A program made the translations under genes and the position numbers. Shown piece after piece: positions 26,169 through 31,736 of a stretch of 31,736 nt of DNA (its first letter is position 1; the number at the start of each line of letters is the position of its first letter). Source of the DNA: a virus (Duplodnaviria; Caudoviricetes); the IMG/VR virus record IMGVR_UViG_3300043173_000726, positions 1-31,736 of that record; one strand, 5' to 3'. Below the pieces are notes generated by a model. That model searched no databases. It saw only the letters and a list, made by a program, of their open reading frames with translations, and was not told the DNA's origin.

Positions 26169-26415
26169 TCCTTGTAATGTGTGTCTTGTAAAACCTATAT
26201 GTAAGTATTATTGTGATGTCTGGTTTCATTGGGTATATGTAAAATCAATTCTTCCATTAGATACCGATATTCAAATTAATAAATTTTTGGAGCTGGTTGG
26301 GGATTATGGTCCAATAAAAAACTATTACCAAAACGAATATAGAACATTGAAATTAATTAAATTCGAAAAAACTATTGATTCGAATAGATTGAGAGTTTGT
26401 TTATTTGTTGATTAG
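26158..26415 (+). CDS. Small Cys-rich protein (PCxxCxxxPxC type)
   Basis: SPCNVCLVKPICKYYC; SD GGAG; resembles 5749..5991. Confidence 0.6.
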   Translation: MKNSPCNVCLVKPICKYYCDVWFHWVYVKSILPLDTDIQINKFLELVGDYGPIKNYYQNEYRTLKLIKFEKTIDSNRLRVCLFVD

Positions 26416-26419
26416 ACGG

Positions 26420-26462
26420 AAAAGAAGCAACCCGAATACTATCTTGGGTTGCTTCTTTTTTT
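26420..26462. terminator. Bidirectional intrinsic terminator
   Basis: AAAAGAAGCAACCC (26420-26433)/GGGTTGCTTCTTTT (26446-26459) with A- and T-runs on either side, between convergent genes. Confidence 0.9.
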
Positions 26463-26464
26463 GC

Positions 26465-28444
26465 TTATACTATAAAGAAGTTAAGCTCGATTTGCTCAAC
26501 AACTCTAGTAGGATCTAGAATAATATTAACGTGGAAGCGTTTTGTTTTTCTTTCATACTCAGTAGCTGAAACTTCTACGGTATAATCATTTAGACCTCTA
26601 CGTTTCTTAACTTGTTCAAGGAAGTCCACAATTCCACCTGAGACTTCTGCCCAAGTAATTGGATCATTCTGCTCGAAAATGAAGAACCTACAGAATTGTT
26701 CAATTGCTCGTTTTACAAATAGAACCATACGAACAATATTTAGATCTGATAGAGCACTTGATTTTGCTTGAGCTGTTAACTGACCCCACATAACATATCC
26801 TTGAGCAAACTTAACAATTGGGTTCAGTTGTTTTAGATACATCTGATCCCTTTGTCCAAGTCGTGGATTGTATCGTAACTCTTTAATACTATCGATTGAA
26901 GCTCTGTTAAAACCAGCAACCGCAAACCATAGTTCTGCAATATTATCATTCTTTGGTAACAAGTATGACATATGATACATTGGTGAGAACCATACGTCTT
27001 GACCAGTAAATACATCAAATACTTTATTATATGATTCATAAAGAGCAACAAAGTAATTGTTAAATGTATTTACATTATTTCTAGTTGCTATTGCAGCATT
27101 AACTGTAGCATTATCACTATTATCAAGAATACCAACACAGTCACGTCTGGTTGTACATAACCCACTAATTTGAGTCTTAACATCAGAGGGATAACCAGCA
27201 TCAAAAACAACTGAGAACCATACGTTTTCAACATCCCAAATACTATCTTCATTTTCGCCTGTAATTGGGTTTTCTAATAGTCCGCTGTAACCCTGAGAAA
27301 GTAGAGTCGTAGCTTCATTAGTATCAAGTGTTCCCTGAGCTGTTCTTAGAGAACCTTCAGATCCCTTTCTTAGAGGAACAGGTTCAGCTGAAGTAAATGC
27401 ATCAGCAATACTTAAGAAAGATTCTTTAATCAAATATGTAATTGGATCAGTTACATCAAATGAAGTTGTGTTACCATTCCACCCTGATGTACCGCCAGTC
27501 AGGTTTCTATCTGGATAAACAGCTACAAGTTCATTATCAAGTCCACCAGAAGCTCCCATCCAACCCCACACTGCATTACCTTTAGAATCTTTAGCAATTA
27601 CAACATAATTGGCATTACCAGTTTCTGGAGTTGTTTGCCAATCAGAGAAATCTTGTTTAATATCTTGAATCCATGAATCACCAGCAGTTATGCTTGCTGT
27701 AGTATTACCGATATTTTTGTCGTAATTCTTTACAGCTAACTCATATCCCGATGTATAATCACCATTTGCTAACTCCATATTAGCTCTTATGACTGCTGAA
27801 AATGTTTCTAATACATATGTAATCCAGATGGATTCTCCAGCATTATCTTGAGCAAGTGGATCAAATGAAATATTAAATGATTCAACAATAACATCATCAC
27901 CATCGGATTGTTTTTCATAGACATCTAGAACATATACATCACTTACAGTTGGATTTGAAAACTCGGTTAATCTAATACCAATAGCATTATACCAATCACC
28001 TCTACCAATTGGTCTTATAAATGCTAACGGTTTAGTGTCGCCAGATTCAGCAAGATTTGTTTGAATTTCAGCCATACTATTTAAACTATCAACATAAGTA
28101 ATTGAAACTGAAGCAGTAGTATCTGCTGCAGCCATCTGAGTGTCGATTCTAAAGTTTGAGTATGTAGCATCTTCTGGAAGACATCTTATCCAATATAATG
28201 AACCAGATTCACCTAAAAAGTTATAAGCAATATATGGTCCTTGTCCATAATTTTTTCCAAACTCTGTAATGTTTGGTTCGCCCCATTCATTAACAAAGTC
28301 TGATCTTGAACCAACAAAAATAAGTTGGTTGTCTCGACCTTTTCTACTCAGCCCGCACAGAAAACCAATTGTAGATGGTACTGCTGCAATGAACGCTGAC
28401 AGGTCAATTATTTTCGTAAAAACACCTGGAGATACATTCGCCAT
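26465..28444 (-). CDS. Contractile tail sheath protein (gp18-like)
   Basis: N-terminal VSPGVFTKIID; C-terminal WFAVAGFNRA, LNPIVKF, MWGQLT, SALSDLNIVRM, FIFEQND. Confidence 0.95.
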   Translation of the reverse strand: MANVSPGVFTKIIDLSAFIAAVPSTIGFLCGLSRKGRDNQLIFVGSRSDFVNEWGEPNITEFGKNYGQGPYIAYNFLGESGSLYWIRCLPEDATYSNFRIDTQMAAADTTASVSITYVDSLNSMAEIQTNLAESGDTKPLAFIRPIGRGDWYNAIGIRLTEFSNPTVSDVYVLDVYEKQSDGDDVIVESFNISFDPLAQDNAGESIWITYVLETFSAVIRANMELANGDYTSGYELAVKNYDKNIGNTTASITAGDSWIQDIKQDFSDWQTTPETGNANYVVIAKDSKGNAVWGWMGASGGLDNELVAVYPDRNLTGGTSGWNGNTTSFDVTDPITYLIKESFLSIADAFTSAEPVPLRKGSEGSLRTAQGTLDTNEATTLLSQGYSGLLENPITGENEDSIWDVENVWFSVVFDAGYPSDVKTQISGLCTTRRDCVGILDNSDNATVNAAIATRNNVNTFNNYFVALYESYNKVFDVFTGQDVWFSPMYHMSYLLPKNDNIAELWFAVAGFNRASIDSIKELRYNPRLGQRDQMYLKQLNPIVKFAQGYVMWGQLTAQAKSSALSDLNIVRMVLFVKRAIEQFCRFFIFEQNDPITWAEVSGGIVDFLEQVKKRRGLNDYTVEVSATEYERKTKRFHVNIILDPTRVVEQIELNFFIV

Positions 28445-28530
28445 GTTATCTTCCCTCCCATTTTAATTTTTAACTATCTTCTATACAACAATCCTTACTC
28501 CAGGTCTAAAACTTCAAAATCCTTTCTAAC

Positions 28531-29241
28531 TTATACATATAAATACCAAACAAAAATTAATCTTCTAGTAGCGTCCTTAATAATCGTTGGAAAAGTCACT
28601 CTTGCAAAGAGGGTGAATGTTCCACTAGTTCCTCCTGCATTTGACTCGGCAGTAAATAGTCCTGCCTCGCTTAATCTTTCATCGTTAGCATCATCAATTC
28701 CAGCTGTTGTAGTAATTTTTAAAACTAACCATTTATTATCATTTAAATTGTCTCTTTCAAAAATAATAGAATCAAATGGTAGTTTATAATAACCAGTTTT
28801 TGCATAAGAAGCATCTGGTTCTCCAGCTAAATGATAATCAGCAGAAGAAGAATCAGTTGCATTAACCATAATTCGTGAGTTCAAATCAGTATTTTCATTT
28901 GCCGGTGGCACTGGATCGAATGGATCAGCTGGTAATACACCTCCATCTCCTAAACCAAACCAAGATAAAAAGTGATCTTTGTTAGATGGTAGTCTTTGAT
29001 TATCAAGCTCATCCACATTAGTTTGTCTAACTAACATTTGTGCTAGAGTTTCTCTTCCAAGATAAACAACTAAATTACTTTTCCTTACAAGTCTTTTTTT
29101 CCCATTTTCGTCCTCTTCCCATATTTCAACCATTCCTTCGGGACGTCTTTTTCCTGCCCCACCTTCTTGGAATTTATCTACAAAACATTTATCACCGTAT
29201 ATTTCGGTGATACGAATTTCAGTCTCTTTTACGTTATCCAT
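28531..29241 (-). CDS. Putative tail/baseplate structural protein (tail-collar/fibre-attachment-like)
   Basis: NLVVYLGRE, FGLGDGG and LSEAGLF...LFARVTFPTIIKD patterns seen in phage tail-associated proteins; upstream of the sheath, under motif L. Confidence 0.6.
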   Translation of the reverse strand: MDNVKETEIRITEIYGDKCFVDKFQEGGAGKRRPEGMVEIWEEDENGKKRLVRKSNLVVYLGRETLAQMLVRQTNVDELDNQRLPSNKDHFLSWFGLGDGGVLPADPFDPVPPANENTDLNSRIMVNATDSSSADYHLAGEPDASYAKTGYYKLPFDSIIFERDNLNDNKWLVLKITTTAGIDDANDERLSEAGLFTAESNAGGTSGTFTLFARVTFPTIIKDATRRLIFVWYLYV

Positions 29242-29280
29242 AATTAAAGCTTCCTTTTGAATAGATGATAGAAATCTCTT

Positions 29281-29293
29281 TATATTTTGTTCT
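29281..29293 (-). promoter_or_regulatory. Putative late promoter, motif L (AGAACAAAATATA)
   Basis: Identical to 24145-24157; heads the operon containing the sheath. Confidence 0.7.
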
Positions 29294-29319
29294 TATTAGC
29301 ACCATCAGTTAGTGACCTT

Positions 29320-29341
29320 TACTATATATATTAATAAATGA
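29320..29341 (+). promoter_or_regulatory. Putative phage promoter, motif E (TACTATATATATTAATAAATGA)
   Basis: 21/22 identical to the other two copies. Confidence 0.8.
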
Positions 29342-29380
29342 ATAGCAAACCATTATTAATATTTTCATAGGAGGTAAGAT

Positions 29381-29569
29381 ATCGAAGAAATAATTCGAAT
29401 GATTATGATGAATGGGGAACTTTATCTCCATAGAGACGATGTAATAAATCTCATTGACAAGCTCTGTAAAAAAGCAGAATCATTGAGTGCTAAGCAAGAC
29501 CTTAAATCTCTGGCTCAATCTCTTGCAGGAGGTAAGTTCGATCTCAGTTTCATGAAAGATCAGGATTAA
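29381..29569 (+). CDS. Unannotated 62-aa protein, probable ATC start
   Basis: SD AGGAGGT (29369-29375), 5-nt spacer, ATC; reads (M)EEIIRMIMMNGELYLHRDDVINLIDKLCKKAESLSAKQDLKSLAQSLAGGKFDLSFMKDQD; first in-frame ATG at 29399. Confidence 0.7.
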   Translation: MEEIIRMIMMNGELYLHRDDVINLIDKLCKKAESLSAKQDLKSLAQSLAGGKFDLSFMKDQD

Positions 29570-29574
29570 AATAA

Positions 29575-29630
29575 GATCATGGCTGGTATCGAGCGGGTAT
29601 TTCACCGTGTCGATACCAGCCAATATGATC
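29575..29630. terminator. Long GC-rich hairpin between convergent genes
   Basis: TGGCTGGTATCGA (29580-29592)/TCGATACCAGCCA (29610-29622) 13-bp perfect stem, extended by GATCA/TGATC. Confidence 0.75.
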
Positions 29631-29651
29631 CGTTTTCAGGCACTTTCTTTT

Positions 29652-30464
29652 TTATTCTAAGAAAGTACCACAAGTTGGACAAAATTTAAATGATGAATTA
29701 GATTTTGTCCCACATGAACTGCAAATAAGTTTTTCTTTTACAGTTACGGTCTGTGATACACTCTGACCTGATTGTGTTATTCCTTTTAAAGCAATAACGA
29801 TAACCTTTGGGTCTTCAAGATTTCCAAGAGATGCATAATTAAACTGCTGATTAACCTCAGAACCCTTTACAGTAATTCCTTCATCTAAATTTGGAGTTTG
29901 AGAAACATTCTGAACTCCAAGAGAATCCATTGTAATATTGCTTTCTGCAACAATTCCTCTAGCATTATCTCCAACAGAATTAGTGTATATACTTTGAGGA
30001 CCCATACCTCCAGAAGTATTCCAATCATTATGATAATAAGTATACTCTTTAATTGGATGCTTCTCATAATAATGATGAACCTCTTTGATGGTATTCATAA
30101 TCCATGGTTGAAGTTGAGGGGTTTCAAAAGCAAACTCCACTCTAATTAAACCATCATCTGCTCGGTCGCCTCTATGATCACTAATCTCTTGAGTTTTGTT
30201 AATGAATCGAAAACGATTCCGTGCAACAGTTCCTCGAAGAAACCCTTCCAATACAGTATCAGAATTAGCATCAAGAACCAACGAACTATTATCAAGGACA
30301 TCTTCGCCGTCAATACTGACTTTAATTCCTGCTCGGACTGAATTGAGATTCTTCAATAGGATGGAATACTCTGAACCAAAAGGTAGGTACACGGCGCCAT
30401 TCTTCACTCGAAGAATTTTACCATTTTGCTTTACTTCTACTACAAATTTGTCTACGTAAGTCAT
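29652..30464 (-). CDS. Phage protein with beta-rich N-terminal domain and C-terminal double zinc ribbon
   Basis: VYLPFGSEYSILLKN...VSIDGEDV...DGLIRVEFAFE; C-terminal CSSCG...FCPTCG; SD AAGGAG. Confidence 0.75.
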   Translation of the reverse strand: MTYVDKFVVEVKQNGKILRVKNGAVYLPFGSEYSILLKNLNSVRAGIKVSIDGEDVLDNSSLVLDANSDTVLEGFLRGTVARNRFRFINKTQEISDHRGDRADDGLIRVEFAFETPQLQPWIMNTIKEVHHYYEKHPIKEYTYYHNDWNTSGGMGPQSIYTNSVGDNARGIVAESNITMDSLGVQNVSQTPNLDEGITVKGSEVNQQFNYASLGNLEDPKVIVIALKGITQSGQSVSQTVTVKEKLICSSCGTKSNSSFKFCPTCGTFLE

Positions 30465-30481
30465 TTTACTTCTCCTTTTAC

Positions 30482-30520
30482 AGGGTACTGACTGAACCCT
30501 CAGATTTGCTTAAAGTCAGT
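30482..30520 (-). promoter_or_regulatory. Putative pseudoknot or alternative-fold RNA in the 5' leader
   Basis: Minus-strand RNA ACUGACU...AGGGU-UC-AGUCAGU-ACCCU: interleaved 7-bp and 5-bp helices ending 4 nt before SD AAGGAG. Confidence 0.45.
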
Positions 30521-30533
30521 TGGAAATACCTTC

Positions 30534-30546
30534 ATATATATGTTCT
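30534..30546 (-). promoter_or_regulatory. Motif L variant (AGAACATATAT)
   Basis: AGAACA core abutting motif E, upstream of the zinc-ribbon gene. Confidence 0.45.
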
Positions 30547-30568
30547 TACTATATATATAAATAAATGA
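30547..30568 (+). promoter_or_regulatory. Putative phage promoter, motif E (TACTATATATATAAATAAATGA)
   Basis: Identical to 24183-24204. Confidence 0.8.
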
Positions 30569-30609
30569 TAGAAACAAACTTAAACCAACTTTTGATATGG
30601 AGGCAAGGC

Positions 30610-30801
30610 ATGAAAACATATTTTATCAACGCAACAAATGCGTTGACATTAGAAAATAAGGTTATAAGCATAAGGACTTATTCGATTGAAACTGAAATCG
30701 GAATCATTGGAGCTCAGGGGTGGATACCCAACTTTTGGTATGAGAAGGATAAAACTACTCGTGGTCATGTAACGCAAATTAAACTAAATAGAAAGGAATA
30801 A
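30610..30801 (+). CDS. Hypothetical protein (63 aa)
   Basis: SD GGAGG (30599-30603) supports ATG 30610; the track's ATG 30565 lies inside motif E. Confidence 0.65.
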   Translation: MKTYFINATNALTLENKVISIRTYSIETEIGIIGAQGWIPNFWYEKDKTTRGHVTQIKLNRKE

Positions 30802-30806
30802 ATGTT

Positions 30807-31139
30807 ATGGAGAAGAAAGATCTTAAAGTACTGGAGATAGACGACGCAGATGACATTATCTCCGTCAATGATCGTAAACGGTTGGGAGAAGTCAAAAAGA
30901 AGTACCCCAATATGGAGATCATAGTTGGGAAGGTAACTCCTGAGGACAAACCAGTTCCTTTGAATCTTCTGCAAATGGAACATGATCGCCAGGTTATCTT
31001 CGATGCGGCAACCGAAAGCGTCTTGGGGAAGAGGATTGACACGCTAGATAAAGGAAGTCATTTTCCAATTGGAGGTGTGATGTTCATAGTCGGCTTTCTA
31101 ACAGGTGTAGGGGCATGTTTCTTTGTGTACAACATCTAA
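30807..31139 (+). CDS. Hypothetical protein with C-terminal transmembrane helix
   Basis: C-terminal IGGVMFIVGFLTGVGACFFVY; SD AAGGA. Confidence 0.7.
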   Translation: MEKKDLKVLEIDDADDIISVNDRKRLGEVKKKYPNMEIIVGKVTPEDKPVPLNLLQMEHDRQVIFDAATESVLGKRIDTLDKGSHFPIGGVMFIVGFLTGVGACFFVYNI

Positions 31140-31146
31140 GGTCAAC

Positions 31147-31231
31147 GTGGAGTGGGGGCATATGCCAGTGGGAATTTTCGGGGAGATCATCTCAGAAGTC
31201 TATCCTGGCAATGATGATCTCCCCACTTCAT
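31147..31231 (+). ncRNA. GC-rich structured intergenic RNA with two mutually exclusive folds
   Basis: GGGGAGATCATC (31180-31191)/GATGATCTCCCC (31213-31224) versus GTGGAGTGGGG (31147-31157)/CCCCACTTCAT (31221-31231, with G-U pairs) plus TGCCAG/CTGGCA. Confidence 0.5.
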
Positions 31232-31261
31232 TAATCTTCTATATGTAAGGAGAAACTTATC

Positions 31262-31423
31262 ATGAGAACTAAAATAGAAACGTCTATGAGGATGTACAGT
31301 TTTCTTTTCGTATTCATGGCAATCATGAGTATGATTTTATCTTTAGGAATTAATAGCGTGAATAAAATCGACAAAAATCCCCCTGTAAGAATTCATCAAA
31401 TCGTAGAAATAATAAAATACTGA
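31262..31423 (+). CDS. Unannotated 53-aa membrane peptide
   Basis: SD AAGGAG; MRTKIETSMRMYSFLFVFMAIMSMILSLGINSVNKIDKNPPVRIHQIVEIIKY contains one hydrophobic helix. Confidence 0.65.
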   Translation: MRTKIETSMRMYSFLFVFMAIMSMILSLGINSVNKIDKNPPVRIHQIVEIIKY

Positions 31424-31437
31424 AAAAGGAGATAGTT

Positions 31438-31736
31438 ATGAAAAATTCTCTGAACAATGAAAAAGGATTTGCGTTAGTTACAGCAGTATTTATCTTGATG
31501 TTAGTAACCATTCTCGGTATTGCTTCATTAAGAACAAGTATCACAGAAGTTCAGATATCTACAAACCTTTTAATTCATCATATGAACTTCTATGCTGCGG
31601 ACTCTGGAGCACCAGTTGCATCAATTGACCTTCTTGATTCTGACTTCTTATCCGAAAGTGAGTATTCTGATGTTGATTGGATCGGAACTAGTACTATCAA
31701 TCTTGGTAATGGTACTCAATTTACTTACGAAATCAT
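31438..31736 (+). CDS. pilX: Type IV pilus minor pilin PilX-like protein (PilX N-terminal domain), truncated by the window end
   Basis: SD AAGGAG; MKNSLNNEKG|FALVTAVFILMLVTILGIASLRTSITEVQISTNLLIHHMNFYAADSG: class III prepilin signal lacking Glu5, plus the E.QI..N......FYAA(E/D)SG pattern of PilX. Confidence 0.8.
   Translation, partial: MKNSLNNEKGFALVTAVFILMLVTILGIASLRTSITEVQISTNLLIHHMNFYAADSGAPVASIDLLDSDFLSESEYSDVDWIGTSTINLGNGTQFTYEI

Larger units (their letters stand above)
1..31736. mobile_element. Segment of a large contractile-tailed dsDNA phage genome encoding its own multisubunit RNA polymerase
   Basis: Terminase, sheath, tube, baseplate and tape-measure-like genes occur together with a divergent rpoB that is not followed by rpoC; many short hypothetical genes; no host operons. 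Confidence 0.93.

Noticed and set aside
30470-30505. preQ1-I riboswitch (tempting because the phage has folE2)
   Set aside because: The hairpin loop starts UUC-like, but the A-rich tail with the pairing AAAAAACUA segment is absent and the downstream gene is unrelated to queuosine
219-31544. Short overlapping ORFs in the track (219, 4182, 4872, 6667, 7494, 9117, 9295, 11616, 11941, 12593, 13322, 13915, 20111, 20634, 21583, 21886, 24226, 25670, 26833, 28269, 29885, 29898, 30196, 30765, 30779, 31350)
   Set aside because: They lie antisense or out of frame within well-supported genes and show no recognisable motifs
1-31736. Alternative genetic code, introns or inteins as in some jumbo phages
   Set aside because: TAA, TAG and TGA all end tightly packed genes; terminase, RpoB part and sheath are uninterrupted and of normal length

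Overview
AT-rich (roughly one third GC by eye), densely coded segment of a large tailed dsDNA phage (myovirus/jumbo-phage-like, standard genetic code); no cellular housekeeping context is visible. 1-7.8 kb (+): the 3' part of a phage multisubunit RNA polymerase beta subunit, FolE2, a TIM-barrel metalloenzyme, a MazG-like protein, a very short DNA-polymerase-palm-like protein preceded by a GC-rich structured leader, a methyltransferase and a DUF932-like protein. 7.9-16.1 kb (+): putative baseplate hub, large terminase, HExxH protein, tape-measure-like and tail/baseplate genes. 16.1-29.2 kb (-): a possible sigma-like factor, baseplate wedge, gp25-like, gp26-like, tail tube and tail sheath genes. 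Three plus-strand accessory cassettes each begin with a near-identical 22-nt motif (TACTATATATATWAATAAATGA) set back-to-back with a second motif (AGAACAAAATATA) that mostly precedes morphogenesis operons. Reading outside the ORF track adds a candidate +1/-2 programmed frameshift at the end of the gp26-like gene, an ATC-initiated ORF, several structured RNA leaders and a phage-borne type IV minor pilin (PilX-like) at the right edge. All protein calls come from motif recognition by eye, without database searches.
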